Positions 12,524 through 24,212 of a stretch of DNA of 64,000 nt are shown in pieces; position 1 is the stretch's first letter, and each line of letters opens with the position of its first letter. The DNA comes from Myxococcales bacterium (GTDB lineage Bacteria > Myxococcota_A > Polyangia > Polyangiales > JADJMO01). Position numbers and translations under genes: made by a program. The stretch covers positions 289,993 through 353,992 of the forward strand of contig JADJMO010000002.1 in assembly GCA_016709545.1 (NCBI GenBank), written 5' to 3'. The notes beneath the pieces were generated by a model, which was given only the letters and a program-made list of their open reading frames with translations, was not told the origin of the DNA and did not search any database.

Positions 12524-14531
12524 ATGTCGAACGCCGCGAGCCCCCTCGAGAACGTCGCCCACCCCCTGCCCTTCGACCGCTATCGCGCCGAGGACGTCGA
12601 GCCGGTGACCGACGCCTTGCTCGCCGACGCGGAGGCCAAGAAGTCGGCCCTCGCGAGCACCACCGAGCTCACCTGGGCGACCACCCTCGGCGCGCTCGAG
12701 GCGATGACCGAGCGGCTCGACGACGCGCTCGGCATCGTCTCGCACCTCGAGTCCCGTCGCCACCACCGACGCCCTGCGCAAGGCCTACAACGAGATCCAG
12801 CCGCGCATCAGCGCGTTCTACAGCAGCATCGCGCTCGACGCGGGGCTCTACCGCGTGCTGCACGCCTACGCGGCGACCGACGAGGCGAAGGCGCTCGACC
12901 CGCTGCGCAAGCGGCTGCTCGACAAGACCCTGGCCGACTTCCGCCGCGCGGGCGCCGAGCTCGACGAGGCTGGCAAGGAGCGCCTCGCCGCGATCGACGT
13001 GGAGCTCGCCGAGATCACCCTCAAGTACTCGCAGAACGTCCTCGACGCGACCAACGCCTTCGAGCTCGTGGTGGAGGACGAGGCGCGCGTGGCCGGGCTC
13101 CCGCCGTCGGCCAAGCAAGCGGCCCGGGAGAGCGCCGAGCGCGCGGGCAAGCCGGGATGGCGCTTCACGCTGCAGGCCCCGAGCTACGTCCCGGCGATCA
13201 GCCACCTCGACGACCGCGCGCTCCGCGAGCAGCTGTATCGCGGGTTCATCCGCCGCGCGACCGTGGCGCCGTGGGACAACCGCCCGATCGTCCGCCGCGT
13301 GCTCGCCCTCCGTCGCGAGAAGGCCCGCCTGCTCGGGTTCGCGAACTTCGCCGATCTGGTGCTCGAGGATCGCATGGCCAAGCGTGGCGCCGACGCGCGC
13401 GCGTTCGTCCAGCGCCTGCACGCCCGCACGACGGCCGCGTTCGCCGCGGAGAACGCGGCGCTCGCCCAGTTCGCTGGCCAGACGGAGCTCGCGCCCTGGG
13501 ACGTGCCCTACTGGGCCGAGAAGCAGCGCAAGGCGCTCTACGATCTCGACGACGAGGCCCTCAAGCCGTACTTCCCGCTCGAGGCCGCGCTCGGGGGCGC
13601 GTTCGCCATCGCCGAGCGCCTGTACGGCGTGCGCATCGAGGCCGCCCCGGACCTGCCCACGTGGAATCCGACCGTGCGGCCCTACCGCCTCAGCGAGGGC
13701 GACCGCGAGCTCGCCGCGTTCTACGTCGACGCGTTCCCCCGCGAGGACAAGCGCGGCGGCGCGTGGATGCACGGCCTGCTCACAGCCCACGCGCGGCGTC
13801 CGCACGCCGTCGAGGCCCTCGTGCTCAACGCCACGCCGCCCACCGCCGACGCGCCGGCGCTGCTCGATCACCGCGAGGTCGAGACCCTGTTCCACGAGCT
13901 CGGGCACCTCCTCCACCACGCGCTCTCCGAGGTGCCGCTGCGCTCGCTCGCGGGCACGAGCGTGGCCTGGGACTTCGTCGAGCTGCCTTCGCAGATCATG
14001 GAGAACTGGTGCTGGGAGCCCGAGGCGCTCGCCCTCTTCGCGCGACACCACGCGACGAACGAGCCGCTGCCGGCCTCGCTCCTCGACCGCATGCGACGCG
14101 CGCGCAACTTCCGCTCCGCCAACTTCATGATGCGCCAGCTCGGGTTCGCCGAGGTCGATCTGGCCCTGCACGTCGACTACGACCCGGCGTCCGACGTCGA
14201 TCCGTTCGCGTTCGCGCGGCCGATCCAGGAGGCGCACTCGCCGGTGCCGCTGCTCCCCGAACACGGGCTGCTCGCCTCGTTCGACCACCTGTTCGGCGGC
14301 GCGGTCGGCTACGCCGCGGGCTACTACTCGTACAAGTGGGCCGAGGCTCTCGACGCCGACGCCTTCGGTCGGTTCAAGGACGAGGGCATCCTCTCGGCCA
14401 AGACCGGCGCCGCGTTCCGCAAGGAGATCCTCGCGCGCGGCGACGCCGCCGATCCCGCGGAGCTGTTCCGCAACTTCCGTGGTCGGGACCTCGACCCGGA
14501 GGCCCTGCTCGTGCGCAGCGGCCTCGCCTGA
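12524..14531 (+). pseudogene. M3 family oligopeptidase (oligopeptidase A / Dcp-like), frame broken by one extra C at 12753-12755
   Basis: The N-terminal 77 codons (MSNAASPLENV..GIVSHLES) are in one frame. The rest (VATTDALRKAYNEIQPRISAFY.. through ORF 12855..14531) is in the +1 frame. HEXXH zinc motif FHELGHLLHH. Confidence 0.85.
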
Positions 14532-14546
14532 GGGCCAAAAAGAAGC

Positions 14547-14574
14547 GAGGGCTCCTCCGCGAAGAGGAGCCCTC
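14547..14574. terminator. bidirectional stem-loop terminator between convergent genes
   Basis: GAGGGCTCCTC-cgcgaa-GAGGAGCCCTC, perfect 11-bp stem, between the M3 peptidase stop (14531) and the Cys-rich gene stop (14592). Confidence 0.6.
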
Positions 14575-14591
14575 GACACGACCGCGTCAGC

Positions 14592-15848
14592 TCACTTGGG
14601 GCAAGCCGTACCGCGCACGCAGAGCGCGTGCTTGTGGCCCGGGAGCGCCGGGCAGCAGGTCGCGCCCTCGCCGCCACCGGCGACGAAGGTGGTGCAGTCC
14701 GCGCACGGGCACGTGGTGCAGGCCGGCGCGACGCCGTAGACCTTGCACGCGCCGTTCACGCACATCTCGTTGTCGTTGCAGCTGCGACCGCACTCGCCGC
14801 AGGCCGTGTTGTCCTTGGTGAGGTCGTAGCAGCCAGCGTTGCCGCCGCCAGGGCCACCGCCGAAGGCGCAGCGCGTGGTGCCGGTGGGACAAGCGGGCGG
14901 GGTGCCGCCGGTCGACGCCACGCACTTGCCGGAGACGCAGGTCTGACCCGTGCCGCAGACGGTGCCGCACGCACCGCAGGCGTTGGGCGAGCTGTTGGTG
15001 TTGAGGCAGGTGCGACCGCCGCCGAACGTGCAGGCGGTCAGGCCGGGCTTGCAGGCGCAGGTGCCGGTGCCGTCGCAGTAGTCACGGTCGCTGCACTGCA
15101 CGCCACAGCCGGTCTTGCCGCAGAACCGGGCGTTCTCGAGGGTGTCTGCGCAGGTCGCGCCGCCACCACCACCACCGGTCGCGCAGACCGAGGTGCCGGT
15201 CGGGCACGAGCAAGCGCTGCCCGAGCAGACGCCCCAGGTGCCGCAGGTCTTGCCACAGCCGCCGCAGTTCCGCGGATCCTTGCTGGTGTCGACGCAGAGC
15301 GCGGGGGTGCCGCAGCTCGTGCCGGGCGTGGCGCAGCCGCAGACGCCGGAGGTGCAGGTGCCGAGAGCACCGCAGCTCTTGCCACACGCGCCGCAGTTGG
15401 CGGCGTCGCTCGTGGGATCGACGCACTTGCTGCCGCAGATGATCTGGCCGGTGGGACACGCGCACACGCCCGCGGTGCAGGTGCCGCCGGTCGGACACGC
15501 CTTGGCGCACGCGCCGCAGTTGCCGAGGTCCTTGGTCAGGTCGACGCAGGCCGCTCCACAGACGGAGAGGCCAGTGGGACACCCGCCGTCGACGGGGGTG
15601 ATGACGTCCGCACCGGTGTCGGTCGGAGGTGTGCCGGTGTCGGTGGGCGTGCCGGTGTCGACGGGTGTGCCCGTGTCGACCGGGGTCGCCGAGTCTCCAC
15701 CGCCGCCCGTGTCGTCGGTCGATCCATCCGTGGTGCCGTCCTCGGTGCCGGTGTCGTCCGAGATCGTGACGTCTTCCTTGCCACCACACCCCACGAGCGC
15801 CCCGACCAGCACGAGCACGAGGCTCGGATTCCCAAGCAAGTTCCGCAT
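14592..15848 (-). CDS. Cys-rich repeat lipoprotein (myxobacterial-type cysteine-rich repeats)
   Basis: ATG 15848 preceded by GGAGGA. MRNLLGNPSLVLVLVGALVGCGG lipobox. Acidic D/T/G region with TGTPVD repeats, then ~9 repeats of C..D...D..NCG.CG..C..G..C..G.C. Confidence 0.85.
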   Translation of the reverse strand: MRNLLGNPSLVLVLVGALVGCGGKEDVTISDDTGTEDGTTDGSTDDTGGGGDSATPVDTGTPVDTGTPTDTGTPPTDTGADVITPVDGGCPTGLSVCGAACVDLTKDLGNCGACAKACPTGGTCTAGVCACPTGQIICGSKCVDPTSDAANCGACGKSCGALGTCTSGVCGCATPGTSCGTPALCVDTSKDPRNCGGCGKTCGTWGVCSGSACSCPTGTSVCATGGGGGGATCADTLENARFCGKTGCGVQCSDRDYCDGTGTCACKPGLTACTFGGGRTCLNTNSSPNACGACGTVCGTGQTCVSGKCVASTGGTPPACPTGTTRCAFGGGPGGGNAGCYDLTKDNTACGECGRSCNDNEMCVNGACKVYGVAPACTTCPCADCTTFVAGGGEGATCCPALPGHKHALCVRGTACPK

Positions 15849-15872
15849 GTCAAATCCTCCAAAGGCGGATCT

Positions 15873-15891
15873 TCTCCGGGAATCCCGGAGA
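15873..15891. promoter_or_regulatory. perfect 9-1-9 palindrome in the divergent promoter / 5' leader region
   Basis: TCTCCGGGA-A-TCCCGGAGA, 25 nt upstream of the Cys-rich lipoprotein ATG and ~115 nt upstream of the histidine kinase start. Confidence 0.35.
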
Positions 15892-16007
15892 TGTCCAATT
15901 CCTGTGCCCCCAGCGTGAAAAATCAGGCAGGCGAAATGACTTGGCGCAGGGGGACTCCTCCCCACATCGGCGCCTTCAGTTTCGTCCAGTCGGGCCGTCG
16001 ATCGGAC

Positions 16008-17882
16008 ATGGCTCGAGCGGTCGAATCGGCGGTTCGGGAGGCCGCCTATCGGACCTTCCTGCCAGCGGCCCTCTTCGCCGCAGGCTTCGCGGGCGTCGTC
16101 GCGATCACCGAAGCGGTGCTCTTGCGGGGTGCCGCGCGCGTCGAGCTCGTCGCGGGGGCGAGCCTGGTCGCGGTGATGTGCACCGCCCTCGCCCTGCTCG
16201 CCTTCCTGGAGCGCCTGCCGGCCCAGCGCGTCGACGACGTGGTCTTCGGGTCGAGCCTCCTCACGGCATCCGTGACCCTGTGGGGCATCCACCGCGTGGA
16301 GCCCCACGCGTTCCTGACGCTGCTCGTCTTCCACGTGGTCGCGGTGTCGGTGCTGACTCTCTCGTACCGGCACTACCTGGCCTTCGCTCTCCTGGTCCTC
16401 GGTGGCTTCGTCGTCATCGCGAGCCACGACCACGTCGCTCACCTGCCGACCGAGACGCTCGGTCTCCTCGGGGCCATGGGCCTCGGGAGCATCCTCGTCA
16501 CCTTGCGGCGACGGAGCGAGGTGCGCATCGCCGAGTACTCGATCGAGACCGCCCAGCGGCGGCGCGAGCTCGAGGACGCGCTGGCGCGTTCGCGGCGGGA
16601 GCTCGAGGACCGGACGCGGCTCGAGCAAGAGCGGGAGGCCTTGCGCGAGCAGCTCGCGCACGCGCAGCGACTCGAGGCCATCGGCGCGCTCGCCGGTGGC
16701 GTCGCGCACGACATGAACAACACCCTCGCCGCGATCCTCGGCTCGGCCGAGGCGCTCGTCGAGAGCCACGACGCCGAGGCAGCGGACCACGCCAAGGCCA
16801 TCGTCGCTGCGGCGCGGCGAGGGGCCGACCTCACGCGCAACCTGCTCGGCTACGCCCGCAAGGGGCGCAACCAGGTGCGACCGGTGCGCCTCGCCCGCGT
16901 CGTCCGCGACGTCGAGAGCCTGCTCGGTCGCTCCCTCGCTCGCCGCGTGCGTGTGAGCTCGACGATCCGCGACCGCACCCTCGTGGTGGAGGGGGACGCC
17001 GCGCAGATCAGCCACGCGCTCCTGAACCTCGGCATCAACGCCGCGGAAGCCCTCGACGGCGTCCGTGGCGAGATCCACCTCTCGATGCAGCCGGTCGATC
17101 TCGACGCCACGACCGCCGCAGCGACGTCCGTCGCGCCCGGCCCGTACGTCGAGATCTGCGTCGAGGACGACGGGCCAGGCATCGAGCCCACCGTGGCCCG
17201 GCGAGCCTTCGAGCCGTTCTTCACGACCAAGCAAGGCGGTACCGGGCTCGGGCTCTCGATGGTGTGGGGCATGGCGAAGAGCCACGGCGGCGCCGTCGTG
17301 ATCGAGCCCGGCCAGCTGCACGGCACCCGGGTGCGCCTTCTGCTGCCGCTCGTCGCCGCGCGCCCCCAGCTCTCGGAGCCCCCGCCCGCCCTCTCGACGA
17401 CGTTCCAGGGCCGGCGGACGCGGGCGCTCCTCGTGGACGACGACGCGGCGGTCCGGCGCACCACCGCGCGCATGCTCCGGCGGCTCGGCTACCAGGTGTT
17501 CGAGGCCGGCGACGGCGCGGAAGCCCTCGAGGTGCACCGACGCGAAGGGCGGATGGGGCTCGCCGTGCTCGACGTCGCGATGCCGGTGATGGGCGGGGCC
17601 GAATGCTTCGAACACCTGCGCGCGCTCGACGCGGCGCTGCCGATCCTCCTGGTTTCGGGCTTCGCCCCCGACGGCGAGGTGCAGCGCGCCCTCAGCCTTG
17701 GCGCGGGGACGTTCCTCGAGAAGCCGTTCGGCACGCGCGATCTGGCCCAGGCCATCGAGTCGCTGCTCGAGCCGCCCGCGCGACCGAGCGAGGCGCTGGT
17801 GGTAGCCAAACTGGCCAGCGATCCAGCGCTCAAGAAGCTCGCCGCAGGACCGTTCGACAAGGCATGGACTGGGGGAAACTGA
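16008..17882 (+). CDS. hybrid sensor histidine kinase / response regulator (membrane-bound)
   Basis: ~5 predicted TM helices, coiled coil, H-box GVAHDMNNTL, G-box GTGLGLSMV, then a receiver domain (LLVDDD.., DVAMPVMGG, LLVSGF). Start could also be ATG 15936. Confidence 0.9.
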   Translation: MARAVESAVREAAYRTFLPAALFAAGFAGVVAITEAVLLRGAARVELVAGASLVAVMCTALALLAFLERLPAQRVDDVVFGSSLLTASVTLWGIHRVEPHAFLTLLVFHVVAVSVLTLSYRHYLAFALLVLGGFVVIASHDHVAHLPTETLGLLGAMGLGSILVTLRRRSEVRIAEYSIETAQRRRELEDALARSRRELEDRTRLEQEREALREQLAHAQRLEAIGALAGGVAHDMNNTLAAILGSAEALVESHDAEAADHAKAIVAAARRGADLTRNLLGYARKGRNQVRPVRLARVVRDVESLLGRSLARRVRVSSTIRDRTLVVEGDAAQISHALLNLGINAAEALDGVRGEIHLSMQPVDLDATTAAATSVAPGPYVEICVEDDGPGIEPTVARRAFEPFFTTKQGGTGLGLSMVWGMAKSHGGAVVIEPGQLHGTRVRLLLPLVAARPQLSEPPPALSTTFQGRRTRALLVDDDAAVRRTTARMLRRLGYQVFEAGDGAEALEVHRREGRMGLAVLDVAMPVMGGAECFEHLRALDAALPILLVSGFAPDGEVQRALSLGAGTFLEKPFGTRDLAQAIESLLEPPARPSEALVVAKLASDPALKKLAAGPFDKAWTGGN

Positions 17883-18484
17883 TCGGGCCTCTCGCTCTCG
17901 CTCTCGTCAACGGCTGCGCGCTGCAGGCGGGTGCCGATCTGCGCGGCGATGGTGAACCCCTCGGGGACGAAGCCGGGTTCGACACCGGAGCGGTCTCCCT
18001 CGAGGACGCGCCGCCCGACGCGGCGAGCCCCGACGGGACGGCTTCGGATGCGGTCGTCGACACCACCATCGTCACCGACAGCCTCGTGAGCCCGGACGTA
18101 CTCCCCGACACCAGCTCGGACAGCACCCTCACGGATGCCGAACCGGACTCGGCGACCGACGGCGTGGTCGGTCTCGACTCGGCGGCGCTCGACAGCGCGG
18201 TGAGCGACACGAGCCCGGACGTCGCCCTGGACAGCGCGCCCGCCGACACGGAGGTCGTCTCCGACTCCATCGCTGCCGACTCCATCCCTGCCGACTCCAT
18301 CCCTGCCGACTCCTTCGCTGCCGACTCCGGCCCCGACGCGGTCTCGGGCGACTCGGCGAGCGACAGCGCGATCGACGTGGAAATTGTCGACGCTGGGCCC
18401 TCGCTCTGCGCGGTCGACGGCGATTGTCCGGTCGGAGGCTACTGTCGCCCCGTGGAGGGTCGCCTGGTCTGCGTCAACCTCTGA
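17864..18484 (+). CDS. acidic Asp/Ser-rich lipoprotein with small C-terminal Cys motif
   Basis: MDWGKLIGPLALALVNGCA lipobox. Overlaps the kinase stop by 19 nt. (A/S)DS(I/F)(A/P) 15-bp repeats at 18260-18334. Ends CAVDGDCPVGGYCRPVEGRLVCV. Confidence 0.7.
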   Translation: MDWGKLIGPLALALVNGCALQAGADLRGDGEPLGDEAGFDTGAVSLEDAPPDAASPDGTASDAVVDTTIVTDSLVSPDVLPDTSSDSTLTDAEPDSATDGVVGLDSAALDSAVSDTSPDVALDSAPADTEVVSDSIAADSIPADSIPADSFAADSGPDAVSGDSASDSAIDVEIVDAGPSLCAVDGDCPVGGYCRPVEGRLVCVNL

Positions 18485-18489
18485 GGCCC

Positions 18490-18963
18490 TCAACGCAGCA
18501 AGGCCACGGACCAGACCACGACCGCCGGCGCGATGAGGACGCACCCGAAGCAGAGGAGGATGATCGCCCCGAGGGACCGGTGCACCTCCAGGTACGCGGT
18601 CGAAGGATCGGCCGGGTCGCAGAGGACCATCACCGGCGCCCCGACCGTATACGGCGCGATGCGCGCCTGGGCGCGCTCCCTCTCCGAGCTGCTCACGCTG
18701 CGGGCGAGCCGGGTCCCCTCGAACTGCCGGCCATCCACCGTGTAGGTGAAGTGCACCACGGGCGTGTAGATGGTGGTGCTCTGACGGAGGCCCTGCGGGT
18801 CGTCGTAGGTGCTGCGGTGCGACTCGAGGAACGACTTGGTGACGACGGCGGGCACGCGCGGCCACCCTCGGATCGCGCGATCCTTGGCGAACGTCCGCAG
18901 CGCCAGCACGATCATCGTGAGGCCGAGGAGCGCGAAGGTCCCGGGGACGAACAGCAGAGCCAC
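18490..18963 (-). CDS. DUF3592-like membrane protein
   Basis: N- and C-terminal TM helices flank a beta-rich domain (..GWPRVPAVVTKSF..YTPVVHFTYTVDGRQFEG..), the typical DUF3592 layout. Confidence 0.65.
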   Translation of the reverse strand: MALLFVPGTFALLGLTMIVLALRTFAKDRAIRGWPRVPAVVTKSFLESHRSTYDDPQGLRQSTTIYTPVVHFTYTVDGRQFEGTRLARSVSSSERERAQARIAPYTVGAPVMVLCDPADPSTAYLEVHRSLGAIILLCFGCVLIAPAVVVWSVALLR

Positions 18964-19000
18964 GACCCGCGATGGTACCCGCGAAGCCGTGGTGGGCGGC

Positions 19001-19854
19001 CTACTTCTCCACGGCCTTGGTGAACGCGGTGATGGCGGCGGGGTCCGAGGTCCCGTTCACGTTGACGACGGTGACGCGCCCGTAGCCCTGCTTCAGGTCG
19101 TTGCGGAAGTCATAGACCGCGCCCACGATCACGAGCCGCCCCTCGCGGACGCGATCCGCGAACCGCGCGGTCGCCGCGCGCACCTGGTCGTGCACGTTGG
19201 CGAGGACGGCCTCGGTGAGGGCGTCCGCGTCGTTGGCGCCGGGCTTGCGCGTCGGCACGACGATGCCGTCGATCTCGGCCTTGATGGGGCCGTCGAGATC
19301 GGCGTGAGGCGCCATCGCTGCCTTGACCGCGCCGCAGCCGCTGTGACCGAGGATCAGGAGGACCGAGGTCGCGAGGTGCTCCACGCCGTAGAGCACCGAT
19401 CCCTCGGCCGTCTTGAACTGATTGCCGAGGTTGCGGACCGTGAGAGATCGTTCTCGGCGCCCTTCACGAGGGCGTTGGCCTGCACGCGCGAGTCGGCGCA
19501 GGCGAGCAGCGTCGCGCGCGGCTTCTCGGCCGCGACGAAGGGCTGGAAGTGCCCGGTCGGGTGCCCCGTCACGAACGACTCGTTGTCGCCGAGCATGGCG
19601 CGCATGAACCCCTTGGCGACGTCCAGGCTGCCCGGCTCGCCGATGAACGGGACCGGCAGCTTCGACTCCACCGTCGGGTGGCCGCCGCTGGCCGGCGGCG
19701 CGTGCCCGTGGCCGGGCGCGTCGTGCGACGCCGAGGCCGCGCCGTGCGCAGAGCTCGAGGCCGCAGCGCCGTGTTCTGCCGCGTGCGCGGCCGCCTTGTC
19801 GCAGCTGAGGAGTCCAGCGGAGAGCAACAGGAGGGTGAGCGAGAGCGGGCGCAT
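19001..19854 (-). pseudogene. beta-class carbonic anhydrase lipoprotein, frame broken by a missing base near 19443
   Basis: N-part (MRPLSLTLLLLSAGLLSC.., LLACADSRV = CxDxR) and C-part (LYGVEHLATSVLLILGHSGCGAV = HxxC) are in different frames. Adding one base restores ENDLFTVRNLGNQF. Confidence 0.85.
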
Positions 19855-19898
19855 CGTCCCGACGAACGGACCGCGAGGACCCGCCTTGAGGCCACCGC

Positions 19899-20989
<1,091 letters not shown>

Positions 20990-20993
<4 letters not shown>

Positions 20994-22851
20994 CCCTTCC
21001 GGAACCGATCGAGGAAACCACCGCCCGGCTTCTGCGCCGCGGCGGCCTGCTGCGCGGCGGCGGGAGGCGGGGCAGCAGGGGCGGCGCCAGCGGCGACAGG
21101 GGCCCTGGCCACGCCGAGCAACGAGAGGAGCGTGTCGGGCGACTCGGCCACGGCGAGCGCCGCCTCGCGGTCCACCTTGCCCGCGCGGACCAGATCGGCG
21201 AGCGAGTCGTCGAGGCGAATGATGCCGAGCGCCTTGCCGCGCTGCTGCAGGCTCGGGATCTGGAACGTCTTCTCGTCGCGGATCAGGTTCCAGAGCGCCA
21301 CCGTGCCGGTGAGCAGCTCGACCGCCGCGTGCATGCGCGAGCGATCGGCGGCGGGCACGAGCCGCTGACCGACCACCAGCTTGAGCGCGCCGGCGAGCGT
21401 GGTGCGCACCTGCTGCTGATCGCCGGGGGGGAACATGTCGATGATGCGGTCGATGGTCTTGGCCGCGCTCGGCGTGTTCATGGTGCCGATCACGAGGTGG
21501 CCCGTCTCGCCGGCCGCGAGCGCCATCTGCATGGTCTCGAGGTCGCGCAGCTCGCCGACGACGATCACGTCCGGGTCCTCGCGGAGCGACCCCTTGAGGG
21601 CGGCGCGGAAGCTCTTGGTGTGCGTGCCCACTTCGCGCTGGCTCATCGTGGCGCGCTTGCGGCCGTGCACGTATTCGATCGGGTCCTCGACCGTGATCAC
21701 GTGGTGGCTCGTGGTGGTGTTGATGATGTCGACGATGGCGGCGAGCGTGGTGGTCTTGCCGTGACCGGTCGGGCCGGTCACCACGATGAGGCCCTGGTGG
21801 TGGTGGGTCGCCTTCTCGATGTCGCGCGGCAGGCCGAGCGTCTCGAGCGAGGGCACCTCGGCGGGGATCAAGCGGAAGCACCCCTTGAGGCCGGTGCGCT
21901 GCTTGACGATGTTGATGCGGGCGCGGCCGTGCTTCGGGTGGGCGAGCGCGAAGTCGCACGAGCCCTCCTGGTCGAAGCCCTGGCGGAGGCGCGCCGGAAC
22001 GATGGCGAGCAGCATCCTCTCGACGGTGGCCTCGTCGAGCACCTCACCCTCGGGCGCGAGCTCGCCGGCCAGCCGGAACAGCGGCGGTCGACCGGCGACC
22101 ACGTGCAGGTCGGTGGCCTGCGCCGCGCGCGCACCCTCGAGGAGCGCGTCGAGGTCGTAGCCGCGGAGCGGCACGCGGCCGTTGGTGACGTACCCGACCT
22201 TGGGGCCCTTGGTGAACAGCGAGGCGTCGGCGTCGCGGTCCAGCATGAGCGCGGCGGCGCGGTCGGCCGCCGGCGCCGCGGGGATGTGCGCGACGTGTCC
22301 CGGCCCGGCGTGCACCACGTGGCGCGTGGCTCGATGATCAGCTCGTCGGCCGGCGTGTTGTCCGGCACGGCGACGACCGGGACGATCGGCGCCCTCGGCA
22401 CCGCCGGGATCTTGGTCGACGACCGACGCCCCGGGCGCGCGCTCGCGCGCGTGGTGGAGGGCGTTGCGTGGGGGTGCGCCGCGTGCGGCGCGGGCGGGCG
22501 CTTCGAGCCACGCGCGACCGACGGCGGCGACTTCGACGGCCGCTTGGCCGACGCGCGTTCGACGACGACGAAGCGCGCCTGCACCGCGTCGTCCTTGCGG
22601 GCGAGCACCCCTTGCACGGTGCCCACGCCCTCGACCGTGAACGACCACTGGGCGGGCGCGCCCACCGCCGCGGCCGCTTGCTCCGCGGCCCCGATCTTGT
22701 CGAGCGAGGCGAGGATGTCGGCGCTGGCCATCGCGGTCTGCGAGACCGCCTTCCACGCGCCGCCCACCTTCACCGCGGGGAACCGGCCCGTGGCCACTGC
22801 CACCTCGGCCACGTCTTCTCGCGAGAGGTACCGCAGCAGTTTGTCGAGCAT
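20990..22851 (-). pseudogene. PilT-like ATPase with ~175-aa N-terminal extension; extension and ATPase body in different frames (shift near 22321)
   Basis: The ATPase body (ATDLHVVAGRPPLFR, GPTGHGKTTT, VVGELRD, GTMNTPSA) is intact from ATG 22246. The GC3-rich ORF MLDKLLRYLSREDVAEVAVATGRFPAVKV.. (from 22851) runs into it and needs one extra base (GG to GGG at 22321-22322) to fuse. Confidence 0.75.
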
Positions 22852-22933
22852 CTCCGCACACGAGGAGACCACGCTCGAAGGGGGGACGTGGGAGATTTCT
22901 CTCTCCTTCCGTCCCCCCTCAAGCCCGGCGGGG

Positions 22934-24118
22934 TCAGTCGCGCTGGTACATCGTGATCACGCAGGCGCCGCCGAGGCCGAGGTTGTGCTGCAGCGCGACC
23001 TTGGCGCCCTCGACCTGGCGCTTGTCGCCCTGGCCACGGAGCTGCCACACGAGCTCCGTGCACTGCGCGAGCCCGGTCGCGCCGAGCGGGTGGCCCTTCG
23101 AAAGGAGGCCGCCGGAGGGGTTCGTGACGTATTTGCCGCCGTAGGTGTTCTGGCCCTCCCAGATGAACTTCTCGGCCTCGCCCTCCTTGCACAGCCCGAG
23201 CGCCTCGTAGGTGAGCAGCTCGTTGGCGGTGAAGCAGTCGTGGAGCTCGACGACCTGCACGTCCTCCGGACCGACGCCCGACTGCTCGTACACCTTCTTG
23301 GCGCACTCCACGGCCATGTCGTAGCCGACCATCTTGATCATCGAGTCGCCGAAGCTCGACGAGTAGTCGGTGGTCATGGCCTGGCCGATCATGCGGACCG
23401 GGTTGCTGATCCCCTTGCTCCTGGCGAACTCGTCGGAGCACAGGATCGCGGCGGCAGCGCCGCAGGTGGGCGGACAGCACTGGAAGCGGGTGAGCGGGTC
23501 GAACACCTCTTCGCTCGCCATGATCTCCTCGACGGAGAGCTCGTTGGAGAAGAGGGCGAACGGGTTCTTGTTGGCGTGCTTGCGGGCCTTCTCGCTGATC
23601 TTGGCGAAGGTCTCGCGCTTGGTGCCGTAGCGGAACCGGTACTCGCGGCCCGCGCCGCCGAACATCTGCGCGGCCGGCGGCGCCTGGTTGAAGCCCTGCA
23701 CGCGGCTCATCACCTCGGCGTGGCGGTCGAGCGGGTTGGTGCGGTCGGTGAACTTGGAGCCGAGCGCGCCCTTCTCCATCTTCTCGAACCCGAGGGCGAT
23801 GACGCACTCGGCGCCCGCCTCGATGGCCTGGCGCGCGAGGAACAACGCGGTGGACCCGGTGGAGCAGTTGTTGTTCACGTTGACCACGGGGATGCCGGTG
23901 AGGCCGACCTCGTAGATGGCGCGCTGGCCACACGTGCTGTCCCCGTAGACGTAGCCGGCGAACGCCTGCTCGATCTCCTTGAACTCGACCTTCGCGTCGG
24001 CGATGGCGGCGCGCGCCGCGGCCGATGCCATGACGTTGTAGTCGTCGCTCGCGCCAGGCTTCTGGAACTTGACCATGCCGACGCCGATGACGTTGACCTT
24101 GCGACCCGAGCGGCCCAT
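22934..24118 (-). CDS. SCPx-type (lipid-transfer protein-like) thiolase
   Basis: [18 protein letters not shown], catalytic Cys block [45 protein letters not shown]. Confidence 0.9.
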   Translation of the reverse strand: MGRSGRKVNVIGVGMVKFQKPGASDDYNVMASAAARAAIADAKVEFKEIEQAFAGYVYGDSTCGQRAIYEVGLTGIPVVNVNNNCSTGSTALFLARQAIEAGAECVIALGFEKMEKGALGSKFTDRTNPLDRHAEVMSRVQGFNQAPPAAQMFGGAGREYRFRYGTKRETFAKISEKARKHANKNPFALFSNELSVEEIMASEEVFDPLTRFQCCPPTCGAAAAILCSDEFARSKGISNPVRMIGQAMTTDYSSSFGDSMIKMVGYDMAVECAKKVYEQSGVGPEDVQVVELHDCFTANELLTYEALGLCKEGEAEKFIWEGQNTYGGKYVTNPSGGLLSKGHPLGATGLAQCTELVWQLRGQGDKRQVEGAKVALQHNLGLGGACVITMYQRD

Positions 24119-24212
24119 GCGCGTGCTCCTTGCGAGAGGACTGAATGGCGATTCAGTCGAGGAGCCTACCCCGCTGGACGGCGAAGCGCCACGGCCCTTT
24201 ACTCCGGCTCCG

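Noticed and set aside
14628-16007. N-terminal 460 codons of ORF 14628..17882 as part of the histidine kinase
   Set aside because: This stretch is the antisense of the Cys-rich lipoprotein gene (Ala/Gly/Arg-rich). The kinase plausibly starts at 16008 (or 15936), just before its TM helices.
16323-16338. parS-like sites near parAB (tcTTCCACGTGGtc at ~16323; gcCCACGTGGAAtc at ~13653)
   Set aside because: Only the central ~10 nt resemble the GTTNCACGTGNAAC-type palindrome and the outer positions do not match. Both sites lie inside coding regions, and I found no full palindromic parS by eye near parAB.
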